Below, in pieces: positions 30,114-40,991 of a stretch of DNA of 64,000 bases. The notes beneath the pieces are model-generated. The model was not told the DNA's origin, did not search any database, and worked only from the letters and a program-made list of their open reading frames with translations. The translations under genes and the position numbers were made by a program. The DNA is taken from NCBI GenBank assembly GCA_963786955.1, contig CAWBAT010000008.1:512001-576000 (forward strand), written 5' to 3'. Within the stretch, counting starts at the first letter, position 1. The number at the start of each line of letters is the position of its first letter. Source of the DNA: an uncultured Acidimicrobiia bacterium. Its GTDB lineage: Bacteria; Acidobacteriota; Terriglobia; Versatilivoradales; Versatilivoraceae.

Positions 30114-30273
30114 AGGCCTCGAGGTTCACTTGCTGTCGGCGAGGTTGAAAGTTGGGTCACAATTGACTTCCTTGCGGTGCACGCTCAAGAGGGCAAATTG
30201 AACTACCCGGCTAGATAATTGCCTGAGTGTTGATTGCATTGGACGGAAATCTCAACGGTTAGGGAAGTGCGCG

Positions 30274-31554
30274 GTGAGCAAGATAGGTATATCACGACGA
30301 GAATTTCTGGTGTCCGCGGGAGCAGCGTCCGGCGGAGTCGGTTCGCTCTCTAACGTCCAGCACGCAGGGACCCCAAAGCCTGAGTTATCCGGAGACCCGG
30401 GACTCGATGCCACAGACACATTTGAGGATTGGGTACCGGGGTCTAATTACAGACCCGGTTCGATCGTCAGGACCCAGTATGGGAATGTTCTTATTGGTGA
30501 TTTCGAGGAGGTGCTTTCCATTCCGGGGCGATATTTGAATGACCACTGTTTAGTGAGGAAGGGTGACGAATGGCATTTTTTCGGTATTGTTGGCTATACA
30601 CCCTCGAGTGTGAGAGATGAGGAGACCCGGCGGGCTGGAAGTGAGATATCGTTCGCCCACGCCACTAGTTTCAACCTGACAGATTGGAAAGTGCACCCTG
30701 ATGTCATCCAGTGTACCCACACTTGGCCAGAAAATAGTCATGTCTTTGCTCCTTATGTCATGGAGCATGATGGTCTTTTCTATATGCTGTACGCCGTTAG
30801 TGACCAGGAGACTATGCAGCGGATCTGCTTGGCCACGTCACGTGATCTCTTCGAGTGGCAGCGCTATGGGGGGAATCCGGTGATCGTCCCTTCGGTGTTT
30901 TGGTCCAAATGGCCAGGCTTTGGCCTGGGCGCCCGAGATGATGGGAGTTACGGCGGTTGCCGTGACCCGAACATCATCAGGCTTGATGACGGCCGATTTG
31001 TTGCCTACTGGGCGTCGCGGTTACAGGAAAAGTTCGGGAGAAATCTAGTCTGCATTGCAGCATCATTTTCCAATGACCTGGTTCACTGGCAGGAAATCGG
31101 CCCGGTTTTCAGCGTCAAGGCGTGGCACCAACAGCTGACGCTCGAAGCGGAATCCCCTTGTGTTGTGTTCAAAGATGGCTGTTACTGGTTGTTTTTCAAG
31201 AATGGGTGGTGGACCCACGTTGTACGTAGCAATTCGCCTTTTGATTTCTTTGGATACCACCCTGTTCGGCTGGGCTATAGTCACGCCTCCAAAGTATTTT
31301 TTTGGCGGGAAACTTGGTGGATCACGCACTGCAAGACATATCCTGATGATTTCTCGCAAGAACGAATCCAGAGAGCTTGGAACAATCCAAGTCTTACCCT
31401 CGGGCTTCTCGCCAATAGTCTTAGGGGTCTCTACTTGGGGAAACTCGATTGGCCACAAGGAAAGTTTCCGAGTTTTGCGAATCTCCCAAAGCTCCACAGC
31501 CACGGGGGAGACCGATGGACTTCGTCCTCAGGGGCTGCCAGTGCCAAATTATGA
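30274..31554 (+). CDS. Tat-exported five-bladed beta-propeller glycoside hydrolase (GH32/43-like)
   Basis: ISRREFL signal; NDH, RDP and ESP acidic-triad motifs; HATS..L..W, FAP.V, LATS.DL..W. Confidence 0.75.
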   Translation: MSKIGISRREFLVSAGAASGGVGSLSNVQHAGTPKPELSGDPGLDATDTFEDWVPGSNYRPGSIVRTQYGNVLIGDFEEVLSIPGRYLNDHCLVRKGDEWHFFGIVGYTPSSVRDEETRRAGSEISFAHATSFNLTDWKVHPDVIQCTHTWPENSHVFAPYVMEHDGLFYMLYAVSDQETMQRICLATSRDLFEWQRYGGNPVIVPSVFWSKWPGFGLGARDDGSYGGCRDPNIIRLDDGRFVAYWASRLQEKFGRNLVCIAASFSNDLVHWQEIGPVFSVKAWHQQLTLEAESPCVVFKDGCYWLFFKNGWWTHVVRSNSPFDFFGYHPVRLGYSHASKVFFWRETWWITHCKTYPDDFSQERIQRAWNNPSLTLGLLANSLRGLYLGKLDWPQGKFPSFANLPKLHSHGGDRWTSSSGAASAKL

Positions 31555-31612
31555 TTGGGCAAATACGACGTGAATATGCCCGGACTTCTAAAGAAAGCTT
31601 CAACAAGCGAAT

Positions 31613-34078
31613 GTGAGCTCTACATCTATGATTAAGCATAATGAAGTACTAAAAGGGGCTCCAGACGGATTGACCTTTGATCAGGTGCAGAGGGCCCACC
31701 ATGAGGTCACTTATGAGGAAGTCGCAAAACATTACGGCGGTCCCATGTCGAAACATCCGGTAATCAGCGTCAAGGCTCATCCTGAAGTCATCTGGGTGCG
31801 GCCTGATATGGGAGTCGGAATGGTCGCTAATCCTTTCGCATTTGCTGTGGGTGATGCTCCCACGCCAATTCCATGGCGAGAGGTTAGGCGCTCCTTAAAG
31901 AACAGATACCTCCCCATTGTGATAAGCACGTGGTATGAGGCTCCACTACTTTATAAACAGCTGGCTTTCGCAACCCTCTTAGGGGCGCGCGAAGTCCGAA
32001 CAGGCCATGAGAAACAGGTGGCTATGGTAGAGATGAGCATCGTTAACACAGACTTTTCTGAAAACCGGTCCGGAAATTTGTGGGCTTTTGTCCCTGGCGT
32101 TTCCGCTGCCAAAGGGGTTCCTCCTTTTCCTTATAACACCTACGATCTGTTCGAAGTCGTGGGATCACTGCCAACGGTCACTGGTAATCCCCTCGTACCG
32201 GAAGACGATATCCTTCGAGATGGCTCGGTTCTACTGGGAATTCACTCCGAGGACAGCGGAATCAGGACGACGGCCTTTGGCAGGGTGTTTAACTTTAAAG
32301 TTGATCTACGGCCGGGGGAGAAAAAGAATATCCGTTTCGCTGTCTGCAGCAGCAAAGCGGGACTCTCGGCGGCGGAGATTCGGGAGCTTCGCAAGATCGA
32401 TTTTCTCTCCGCCTTGGACCGGCATACTCTCGAGCTAGAGAACATCCTGAAACAGGGAACTCAAATTTCTGTTCCCGAGGATGTGGTCAATAGCATCTAT
32501 AAGGCGCAAATCCTCTATAACCAAACACAAATGGTGCAAGCAGCCGACCGCGATTATTATTTGCCAGTTCAAGGGCTCCAGGGAGTGTGGCCTTGGGAAG
32601 CCATGAAAACGCTCACCCATCTTGACGGGATAGGTCACCACGAGGACGTCAGAAAGTGTCTCAATTACTTTTTGGAAATCCAGGGCAGGTTCCTTCCCCA
32701 AGGGGAATTTAAGACGAAAGATGGCGTCTTCGGCGGGACTATCGCGTTCGAAGAAAGTGGGTGGGAGGGTGACCCGCACTCAACCGTGTACGGGCAACTC
32801 GCCATGCTCAATGCCGGGAAGGAAAAGGAATTCCCGAATTGGATGAACGGCACGGGAGCAATGCTTTACACCTTTGCCACGCATTACCACTATACGAAGG
32901 ACCGTGCATGGTTAGAGCAATTTGCTCCGGCTCTCGTGCAAGCCTGTGACTGGATCATTAAAGAGCGTGAACAGACAAAGCAAAAGGATGTCCAAGGACA
33001 AAAAGTTGTTCATTTCGGATTGTTGCCGGTCGGCAGAGCCTACGACACTGCCGATGAGGCAATCCGACAACTGGTAGCTGAGGGCGCGTTGCTGAATGGT
33101 CAAATGAATGAGGGCCAGTTTCCGGGGCTCACGTACTATCCGTGTTGGACGGACAGTTACAGCAGTCAAGGACTAAGCCGAGTTGCTGAAGCCCTAGCGG
33201 AAATTGGCCATCCGGAGGGCATCCGCTTGATTAAAGAAGCAGAGGACTACCGGCGGGACATTTTGGAGGTTATGCGTCGAGCATATAACGAGGATCCAAA
33301 TCTTCCGCCGTATCCTGAGAGACTCGATCGACCTCCAGGTTGGGCTGAATTTGCGACAGGAGCTTTGGCCCTTGTGGACACAGGGTTCCTGCCCCCCCAG
33401 GAAGCAGCTTTTGACCAGTTGGAAAACTTCATGAAGAAGAATTGGAACCGCGGTGTGGTGGGTCTCACGGGAGGCCTCCAGAAAGACGGCGACCCCCACG
33501 GATCGAACGCTTACTACGTGAACTTCTCAGAGGATATCTGGCATCGCTCCTGGATTTTGCGCGGGGAGATTGAGAAGGCGTTGCTTGCTTTCTACTCGAT
33601 GCTTGCTTACGGCGTTGACAAAGAAACTTTCGGTTCGGTTGAGAGATTTCATCTCTTCGATCAGCGGTACGCGCCTTTCTTTATGGATACATCGGGCAGC
33701 TCCCGAATTTGTGGCTTAATCCGCCAAGCACTTTTGTTGGCAGAGGGGAAAGTAATCTACCTGCTGCCAGGGGCTCCGCGGCGGTGGCTTGAAGCGGAAA
33801 AAGAAATAGAAGTCAAAGATGGCGTGACGCCTCTCGCAAGACTGAGCCTGACTGTGAAGTCCCAGGCGGACAAAGGAAAGATTCTGATTGAACTTGTCTT
33901 ATCAGAGTTGCCTGCGCAAGGCGCGGAGAAAATTCTCCTCCGAGTGCCCCATCCGGAACGACAGCCAATGAAGAAAGTATTGTTGAACGGGAAGCCGTGG
34001 AATGGATTCAGTGCTCAAAACGAGGTCATCGAACTGAAGCCGATCTCTGGCCGACACGAAGTCATAGTAATATATTGA
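31613..34078 (+). CDS. Uncharacterised six-hairpin (alpha/alpha)6 glycosidase-like protein
   Basis: YLPIV..W, VWPWE, HY.YTKD..WL, ACDWI, GLLP, LLPGAPRRWL, LRVPHP pattern. Confidence 0.65.
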   Translation: MSSTSMIKHNEVLKGAPDGLTFDQVQRAHHEVTYEEVAKHYGGPMSKHPVISVKAHPEVIWVRPDMGVGMVANPFAFAVGDAPTPIPWREVRRSLKNRYLPIVISTWYEAPLLYKQLAFATLLGAREVRTGHEKQVAMVEMSIVNTDFSENRSGNLWAFVPGVSAAKGVPPFPYNTYDLFEVVGSLPTVTGNPLVPEDDILRDGSVLLGIHSEDSGIRTTAFGRVFNFKVDLRPGEKKNIRFAVCSSKAGLSAAEIRELRKIDFLSALDRHTLELENILKQGTQISVPEDVVNSIYKAQILYNQTQMVQAADRDYYLPVQGLQGVWPWEAMKTLTHLDGIGHHEDVRKCLNYFLEIQGRFLPQGEFKTKDGVFGGTIAFEESGWEGDPHSTVYGQLAMLNAGKEKEFPNWMNGTGAMLYTFATHYHYTKDRAWLEQFAPALVQACDWIIKEREQTKQKDVQGQKVVHFGLLPVGRAYDTADEAIRQLVAEGALLNGQMNEGQFPGLTYYPCWTDSYSSQGLSRVAEALAEIGHPEGIRLIKEAEDYRRDILEVMRRAYNEDPNLPPYPERLDRPPGWAEFATGALALVDTGFLPPQEAAFDQLENFMKKNWNRGVVGLTGGLQKDGDPHGSNAYYVNFSEDIWHRSWILRGEIEKALLAFYSMLAYGVDKETFGSVERFHLFDQRYAPFFMDTSGSSRICGLIRQALLLAEGKVIYLLPGAPRRWLEAEKEIEVKDGVTPLARLSLTVKSQADKGKILIELVLSELPAQGAEKILLRVPHPERQPMKKVLLNGKPWNGFSAQNEVIELKPISGRHEVIVIY

Positions 34079-34135
34079 TTTGGGACAATTCCTAAAGACG
34101 GTTAGAAGCCCCCCAGCATTGCAGGAGTTGAACTT

Positions 34136-35371
34136 TTGATGATCAAAGAAAATACCCAAGCGCTCGAATCTGAAGCCAACTCAGTCTGGACGGATTCAGT
34201 ATTCTGGTTTGTTATGGTTTTGGGTCTGGGCTATGGAGCAGTTTTCAATTTCCTGCCGGCTTCCTTTCCGATTTTCAAACGCGAGTTTGGCGCCACCTTG
34301 GAACAAATGGGGCAGAGCCAATTCCTCTATTTTGTGAGCAGCCTCGTGTTCAGCTTAATCGGCGGGGCCATGATTGGCCGCCTCGGGCTAAAACGCTCAG
34401 CGATGGTCGCGCTCTCGATTGCGGGTGCGGCCCTGATTTTGATTGGTGGGGCGAGCAAATTCAGCCTCGTGCTTTTCAGTGTGGTTTTTTTCGGGCTTGC
34501 CATAGCTGCTCTGGTTGTCATCGGGAGTTCGATCATCAGCGGTCATTTCGGGAAGAACCGGCAAAGCGTCTTTTTCCTGGCAGGCCTCAGCGATGCGGGC
34601 GGCTCGATGGTCGGCCCGGCTCTCCTGGGATGGTGGTTTGTACAAGCGGATCATTGGAATATGAGCTGGCGAACGGGCTACTACGCGGGTGCTGGAGCAA
34701 TGGGTCTGCTGCTACTCTGGGCCTTGTTCGTTCGATCCAATAGTTTGCCGCGGGAAAGCTTGGAGTCAGGGGTGGGAGAACCTGCTCTTTCGATCATGAG
34801 AGAAGTTCTGCGCAGCCCTATTATTTACGTGGCTTCACTGCTGGGGTTCTTTCATGGACTCGCGCAGGCCGGGATGCTCTCTTTTGTCGGCCAGTTGTAT
34901 CAGAGCAAGCTTCATATCGACGCTGCTCACGCCGCTTTTTTTCTCAGCGTGAATGCTGGCGGGGTACTGGGTGGGCGCCTATTGTTTGGTGGGATCACTT
35001 CACGATGGAAGGTCCCGGAGTTGATGGTGATAACCGTTTGCGCGGCCGGTGAGACAGGGGCTTTTTTGGGCACGATTCTCTCGCCGAGCTACATTTTAGG
35101 GATCCTATTGTTTGCTCTCTCCGGAGTTATGGTTTCGACGATCGGTCCATCACTTAGTTCCTATTTGGGCGGAAGGTTTATCGGTCGAACTGCAACGGCA
35201 TTCTCTCTCTTTGCAGGCTTGTCTAACGTCGGGGCCGCGGTGGGTTCCTATTTTGTCGGGGCCATCGGGAACCGCCTGGGGGTTGAAAGAGGAATTTTTT
35301 TAGCTCCCGGATTTAGTGCTGCACTTTGTATGCTCGCATTCGTCCGCTTTCTTAGGGAAAGAGGACATTAG
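34136..35371 (+). CDS. MFS transporter (paralogue of 14609-15856)
   Basis: 12-TM pattern and motifs shared with the first copy. Confidence 0.85.
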   Translation: MMIKENTQALESEANSVWTDSVFWFVMVLGLGYGAVFNFLPASFPIFKREFGATLEQMGQSQFLYFVSSLVFSLIGGAMIGRLGLKRSAMVALSIAGAALILIGGASKFSLVLFSVVFFGLAIAALVVIGSSIISGHFGKNRQSVFFLAGLSDAGGSMVGPALLGWWFVQADHWNMSWRTGYYAGAGAMGLLLLWALFVRSNSLPRESLESGVGEPALSIMREVLRSPIIYVASLLGFFHGLAQAGMLSFVGQLYQSKLHIDAAHAAFFLSVNAGGVLGGRLLFGGITSRWKVPELMVITVCAAGETGAFLGTILSPSYILGILLFALSGVMVSTIGPSLSSYLGGRFIGRTATAFSLFAGLSNVGAAVGSYFVGAIGNRLGVERGIFLAPGFSAALCMLAFVRFLRERGH

Positions 35372-35565
35372 CATAGGCGAAGAGACGACCCCTTTACAAA
35401 ACGACTCGATAATAGGGTTTGCGCTGGCACTTGTTTGGCTTGAAATCAAACGGATAAGGAGGGGATTGCGGTGGCCGACGAGTATGCATTTCACAGCCTG
35501 CAGGTCTGGGCCTGGCACATGCGGGCGTGGGGCTTCTAGTCACAGATTCCCATCGCAGCTTAATC

Positions 35566-36498
35566 ATGACAACTCGACGCAGATTTCTTGAATCTGTCGC
35601 AATGGCAACACCACTTGCAGGATTACTCGGCCGAAAGGCGATGGCCGCCATAATGTCATTGCAAAACGCAATAACTGTCAGACCGTACAAATGGGAAGGG
35701 CCGTATTCGGACCACCGTGTCAGCCACAAGGCTTTTCACGATTGGCGTCTCTGTGCCGAGGTGAAGGGTAACTGGCCTGGGCAGTGTGAACGGATTATCA
35801 TTCGTACCAGTGAGGTTGTCGGATATGAAAAGGGATTTCTCTACGATGACCACTTCCCTCCTTCAGAACCAGATGGGCGAGGCAGGGACTACCACCACAT
35901 TCCCTTTCAGTGGAAAGTAGTCAAACCCGAACAGGAGCTTTTTGCGGACTGCGTCGTGCCGAACAAGGGAAGATTCTGGCTGAGATTGAGTGCCAGGGAA
36001 GATTGCGTCGAAATCGGATTAGGCGTTCGCAATGACATGCAACAGCCGATGGAGAATTTTGACTGGGCATTCTGCGCGGTGGCGTTCGAGTCCCCTTCGA
36101 TCGCAGATTCTGAGGATACTCGGACTTACCTGTTCAATGGAGATCGGTTGCAGACACTAGCGGAAATTAGAGGACGCGACATGACAATCCACAAGGTGGT
36201 GGGTGCGGGTGGGTATGTCCCACCCGGACATCGCCATATTCCGGTAGGGGCAGTAGAGGCAAAAGCGTCCTTAGTGATTGTAGAAGGTGTGGACGGAAAA
36301 CATTCGGCGGCTCTGGGATTCCAGCAGGCGAACTCCATTTACGGCGACACGAAGGGCAATAGGTGCTTCCACGCAGACCCTTATTTTGGCCCGCTTATCA
36401 AGACCGGAGAAGAGCGTTCGATGCAGGGCAAGCTCTACCTGATGAAGGGAAATGCTCAAAAGGTGCTGGAGCGTTATAGGCGAGACTTTCCGGGCTAA
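35566..36498 (+). CDS. Tat-exported hypothetical protein (beta-rich, possibly mutarotase-like fold)
   Basis: MTTRRRFLES signal; CFHADP.FG motif near the C-terminus. Confidence 0.65.
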   Translation: MTTRRRFLESVAMATPLAGLLGRKAMAAIMSLQNAITVRPYKWEGPYSDHRVSHKAFHDWRLCAEVKGNWPGQCERIIIRTSEVVGYEKGFLYDDHFPPSEPDGRGRDYHHIPFQWKVVKPEQELFADCVVPNKGRFWLRLSAREDCVEIGLGVRNDMQQPMENFDWAFCAVAFESPSIADSEDTRTYLFNGDRLQTLAEIRGRDMTIHKVVGAGGYVPPGHRHIPVGAVEAKASLVIVEGVDGKHSAALGFQQANSIYGDTKGNRCFHADPYFGPLIKTGEERSMQGKLYLMKGNAQKVLERYRRDFPG

Positions 36499-36558
36499 CG
36501 TCTGTTTCCTCGAAACAAGTTTTTGCTCAGATGAGTTGGAGATGCGGATGTGCTCTGA

Positions 36559-36625
36559 CCATTGAGAAGCTTAAATGAAAAATGGCAAATGGGAATTGAG
36601 CAATGACAAATAGAATTGTTACAAA
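36559..36625. repeat. Inverted second copy of the 12743-12809 heptamer-periodic repeat
   Basis: CCATTGAGAAG.TTAAATGAAA.ATGG.AAA.GG.AATTGA.CAATGACAAATAG matches the reverse complement of 12743-12809. Confidence 0.8.
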
Positions 36626-36807
36626 TAAAATACGCCCGCAGGCTGCGGTATGAACGCTCCTCAAGTCTTCACTTCGGATTGGACATTATTTTGAGAAATA
36701 GAGTGACGCGGCAGGAGCCGACGGCATCGCCCTCGGGCTATTCTATGTCGTCCTTACAGGGCTCTCGATGGTTGTGATTGCTTAGTTCAAAAAGGAGGAA
36801 GGTTCCG

Positions 36808-37680
36808 ATGAAAACTCGCCGCAATTTTCTAATGTCAGCGTTGGCTCTTGCAACAAGCGCACGGGCCGACTTTTCGGCTTCCACGTCAACGGGAGATGCG
36901 AGCCCCTCTACGCTGCCACTGAAGAGAGATTATCGTGATCAGCCATTCCGAGTGGCCGTGGCGTTTGGAGCGAGCATCACCGCAGGTGGAGAGGCTACCA
37001 CCCCCGAATTGGGCTGGGTGAGTCTTCTCACAAGCTTGATTAACGAGTCGCAAATCGAGCCCATTAAGATGTACAACAATGGGATCGGTGCAAACGTAAT
37101 TTCACCCCGGAGCGCCCACTACAGCGAGTCAAACAAGCCCAGCGCAATGGAGCGGTATCAGGATCATGTCATTGCCTATCATCCTGACCTTGTCCTCATG
37201 GCTGGCGACTTCGGAACGAACAGCGCACGAGGAGGGACTCCGCTGGCTCAATTCCTTGAGGATGAGCGGCAAATGATTCTGGACATTAAAAAACAGACAG
37301 GAGCCTTGGTCGTCGTATCTAATTTAACCTTCTTGACTGCTTTTGAGCGATACGCCCCTTTCAACCAGGCGGATCTTTCGGCTCTGATCGGATTCAATTC
37401 CGGCCTCAAACAGATGGCTTTAGAGTGCGATTCGCTTTATGCCGACGTATTTGCAGCTCAAGATATGGCGAGCTGGACCGTAGATCCCAAGGATGGAGTG
37501 CATCTCAATAACCTTGGACACCGCCTTGTGGCTAACAGAATCTTCGAGGTTCTGGGGCAGAACTGCAGCTGTCTCTCCCAGAAGGCAATGATGCTAAGGA
37601 AAGCCATGGAGAAGGAATGGCGCCCAACCCGCGAGCGTCAGTTACGTGACGAGTTTCTTGAGAAGAAGAAGGATCGGTAA
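36808..37680 (+). CDS. Tat-exported SGNH/GDSL hydrolase (paralogue 3)
   Basis: MKTRRNFL signal; VAFGASIT, NNGIG, GTNS, DGVH. AGGAGG upstream. Confidence 0.85.
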   Translation: MKTRRNFLMSALALATSARADFSASTSTGDASPSTLPLKRDYRDQPFRVAVAFGASITAGGEATTPELGWVSLLTSLINESQIEPIKMYNNGIGANVISPRSAHYSESNKPSAMERYQDHVIAYHPDLVLMAGDFGTNSARGGTPLAQFLEDERQMILDIKKQTGALVVVSNLTFLTAFERYAPFNQADLSALIGFNSGLKQMALECDSLYADVFAAQDMASWTVDPKDGVHLNNLGHRLVANRIFEVLGQNCSCLSQKAMMLRKAMEKEWRPTRERQLRDEFLEKKKDR

Positions 37681-37873
37681 GGAGGAACTATTCATGAAGC
37701 GCTCCCATGGAATTGACTTCTAGGGGCGCCTATCCTAAATATATGTCGCTGTATTGATGTAAAGCAGTACTAAGAGCCTGTGATTCGACCTTCTGATGTT
37801 CCCAGAAATCGAGCCGAGTTCTTGGTCCGCATCTTCTCCACTGCTCAAACGCGAAACCTCGCACCCAGAGACT

Positions 37874-39097
37874 TTAGGGACTTTGAAGGTAAATCCTTTC
37901 AATCGATTTTTCGGCTGCCATCCGTGCGGCGCCCAAGGCTCCGGATTCCCCCCCTAACTCGGACACCATCAGTTGGACTTCGTTGGCTGCCTTCTCCAAA
38001 GCACGTTGTTTGATCACGCGTTGGATCGGTTCCAGCACAAAGTGCGGGTTTGTCTGGAAAAGTGGACCTCCGAAGACGACGACTGCCGGGTTCAGGAGAT
38101 TGACAACGTCGGCCAGTGCCACACCAATATGCATCGCAGAATCATTGAGGACTCGAAAGGCCAACGAATCATTCTCCATTGCGGCCTGGATGATCATTTC
38201 GATGTTGATGCGATCCAGATCGTCCTCGACCATCTCTTGCACTCTTGAATGAACTCCCTTCCGGATGGCATCAGTCATCGACTGCATGATTGCACTGCAC
38301 GAAGCCAGGGCTGATAGACAACCGTAATTTCCGCAGCAGCAGAGCGGACCATCCTCATCAACGGTCATATGGCCAAATTCTCCAGCACTTCCTCCGGCCC
38401 CTCGATAAGGTTTGCCATTTACGAAAATACATGCCCCGATGCCCATCCCGATTCCGATATACACGAAGTCCGAAAAGTTGCTGGCCACGCCTAGCTGTTT
38501 TTCCGCTAGTGCCGCCATTCGCACGCTGTCCTCAACAAAGCATGGAACTTTAAATTTCTCTTCTAGCATTTCGCGCAGAGGAACGTTTCTCCACTCTGCC
38601 ATCTGACCGGGCCGCGGAAAGGAAAGAACAATTCCCCGGTCGCTGTCAGTTACACCGGAATGTGCCACCCCAATTGCTGTAATCGCTCCTTTTGGCAGGC
38701 CACACGCTTCCACTGCCTTGGAAATACTCTCGAAGCATCTCTCCATGACGTGTGCCATCCCTTTATTGAGCATCGTTAGTGTTTCCAGCTTATGACAGAC
38801 ATTACCAGCTAGGTCGATGACGATGACCCGCAAGTGGTACGTCCCAATCTCAACCCCGACCGTGTAAGCCGCTTCGGCTTTCAGCTTCAGAGTAATGCGT
38901 CGTCGGCCGAGCTTGGTGGGCTCAAGGCCTGACTCCACAGCAAGACTGCGCGTAATGAGCCGGCGTACGATGGCTGAGATGAGACCGGCACTGAGCCCCG
39001 TCAACTTAACTAGCTCAGCCCGAGATAAGGTGACACGGGCGTGGATTAGGCGAAGAACCTCAACCTCTTTCTCAGAATTCTTAAAATTGGTTCTCAT
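37874..39097 (-). CDS. ROK family transcriptional regulator (NagC/XylR-like)
   Basis: N-terminal HTH (SRAEL...TGLS), GIGA, G.AGEFGH, C.CG..GCL Zn motif. Confidence 0.92.
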   Translation of the reverse strand: MRTNFKNSEKEVEVLRLIHARVTLSRAELVKLTGLSAGLISAIVRRLITRSLAVESGLEPTKLGRRRITLKLKAEAAYTVGVEIGTYHLRVIVIDLAGNVCHKLETLTMLNKGMAHVMERCFESISKAVEACGLPKGAITAIGVAHSGVTDSDRGIVLSFPRPGQMAEWRNVPLREMLEEKFKVPCFVEDSVRMAALAEKQLGVASNFSDFVYIGIGMGIGACIFVNGKPYRGAGGSAGEFGHMTVDEDGPLCCCGNYGCLSALASCSAIMQSMTDAIRKGVHSRVQEMVEDDLDRINIEMIIQAAMENDSLAFRVLNDSAMHIGVALADVVNLLNPAVVVFGGPLFQTNPHFVLEPIQRVIKQRALEKAANEVQLMVSELGGESGALGAARMAAEKSIERIYLQSP

Positions 39098-39422
39098 TTT
39101 TTGCTGGAACTATTCAATACTCATCAACCGATGATTTCAATTATCGGATCCAACAAAATGATAGGAGGGCAGTTTATTAATTAAGGCATTATTTAACAGG
39201 CAAAATAAATCCTTAAGTCCCTATCCTAACAGCGCTTCTCAGCTGGCAGGAATCCCCGGCTGGATCGGCCAACTTCAAGCCCCCAATTGAGCCCTAATTA
39301 ACTGAATCCAAAGGGACTGGGTTAATGAAAATACTTCCCTCGTCGTTGGGACTATATCTCATCCGGGGATAGGGATGGTAGGACTCTTTAACGGAGCCAA
39401 GTCTTTCTGAATGATATCGAAA

Positions 39423-40991
39423 TTATTGGCCATTAATTGTCAATGAATAAAGCTCCACGTTATCCATGTAGAAACGGAATTTTCGGTAGCGTTCGAATTC
39501 CGGATTCGGGTAATAAGCCTTGTGCGTACTGACCGGCGGCAACTCCGTCTTTCCTTTCCAGGAAAACACATGCCGGACCGCGTCGCCCTTGAAGACGTCG
39601 CACTCTTGACGCGAGTAGCCGGGAAAAACCTCATCGCGCAGGTTGACCACTTCGGCGGCCATCGATCCGCCCTCGCGGCACCGCGCATTGACCACCAGCT
39701 GCATGCCTTCCGAGATCAGGGGCCGCGTGATCAGGATGCCGCGTCTGGGCGCTCTCGCATCAAGCGAGACAAAGCCGTCGAGACGCAGCTTGGCCAACCC
39801 CAATGCGTAGTTTACGTTCTTTCCATCCAACACTTCTGGAACCTGCAGCTTTTCGCGATCACCGGTAATCCACCAGTCATGGTGGTTGCTCGCCCCGCCG
39901 AAATAAATGTACAGCTCGTCACCCACCTCGATGGGACCGTGGGAAAGCGTGACCATATACGAATCCCATTTGCCTTCGCCCCGCGGGGTCAGGAACGGTT
40001 GGCGCTTGTTCAAGTGATGCCAGTTCTTGCCATCACGGCTGTACACGAGCCTCACGACCATCTCGTTGGATACGTAATCCAGAATCGGAAGGAACCCCAT
40101 CATCACACTGCCGAGCGGAAACTGGCAGAAGCCGTAGAACGTCTCGTCGAGGTTATCCTCGCCGTCTTCGGGAGTGAGAATGGAGTAGGGCTCTGACCAA
40201 TGCATCAAATCCGCACTCTCGCTCTGCCACACCCGCCGCTTGTTAGCCCTGACCCAGTCCAAGGGATAGTACGGCGGACAGATGCACCACTCTTCTACAA
40301 CGGGATTATTGAGATTTACCGGAATCGCCTGGATGTCGTAATGACGCATGTTTAACACGTAGAGCCTGCCTGCCGGGTCGTAGTGAAGCCCATTCGAGTC
40401 GCCCATGCGAGCTCCCGAGCGGCCAAAAACCGGCAGTTCAGGCAGGCTGGTCCAATGGATCAAATCGCCAGAAACTGCAGCCACGGCATGGTCCGGGTCG
40501 GGTCCCTTGCGGGGCCGGTAACTCAGGTAGATGGCTTTGAAGCGTTGCGACTCGTCTCGCTCGTGGGGATTCAGCACGTAGGAGATTCCCAGCGCGTTTG
40601 GGATCACGACGTTTGTCGGCTCTCCATTCACCTTGTGGAGTTCGAAAAGTGGCTTGCGCCAGTGAATTCCGTCCTCCGATTCAGCATACAAAAGGTGATG
40701 GGCATTCGTGCCAAGCGGGGAGTCGCCGGCCCGAGGGGAGTGTTCCCAGGTCTGGTAGACACACTTAAACAACCCATCCTTCGGATCTCGAATCACACGA
40801 GAGCCGTTGAAGGTAAAATAGGCGATATGCTCCCAAGGTTTGTCCTTGATGATGACTGGGGAGTCACCTGCTCGTACAGGCTGATGCCAGCTACGGCAAA
40901 CGTTCTCGACCGATTCGATGATGAGGTCGTCGACAAAGACTTGCTTGTCCCGGCCAATGTCCAGCATTGTAGCGTCATATTTATTAGGCAT
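39423..40991 (-). CDS. Uncharacterised BNR/beta-propeller glycoside-hydrolase-like protein
   Basis: QVFVDD, YAES.DG..W.KP, S.DL..W, SRDG..W Asp-box-like repeats, LRLDGFVSL, C-terminal beta-domain. Confidence 0.7.
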   Translation of the reverse strand: MPNKYDATMLDIGRDKQVFVDDLIIESVENVCRSWHQPVRAGDSPVIIKDKPWEHIAYFTFNGSRVIRDPKDGLFKCVYQTWEHSPRAGDSPLGTNAHHLLYAESEDGIHWRKPLFELHKVNGEPTNVVIPNALGISYVLNPHERDESQRFKAIYLSYRPRKGPDPDHAVAAVSGDLIHWTSLPELPVFGRSGARMGDSNGLHYDPAGRLYVLNMRHYDIQAIPVNLNNPVVEEWCICPPYYPLDWVRANKRRVWQSESADLMHWSEPYSILTPEDGEDNLDETFYGFCQFPLGSVMMGFLPILDYVSNEMVVRLVYSRDGKNWHHLNKRQPFLTPRGEGKWDSYMVTLSHGPIEVGDELYIYFGGASNHHDWWITGDREKLQVPEVLDGKNVNYALGLAKLRLDGFVSLDARAPRRGILITRPLISEGMQLVVNARCREGGSMAAEVVNLRDEVFPGYSRQECDVFKGDAVRHVFSWKGKTELPPVSTHKAYYPNPEFERYRKFRFYMDNVELYSLTINGQ

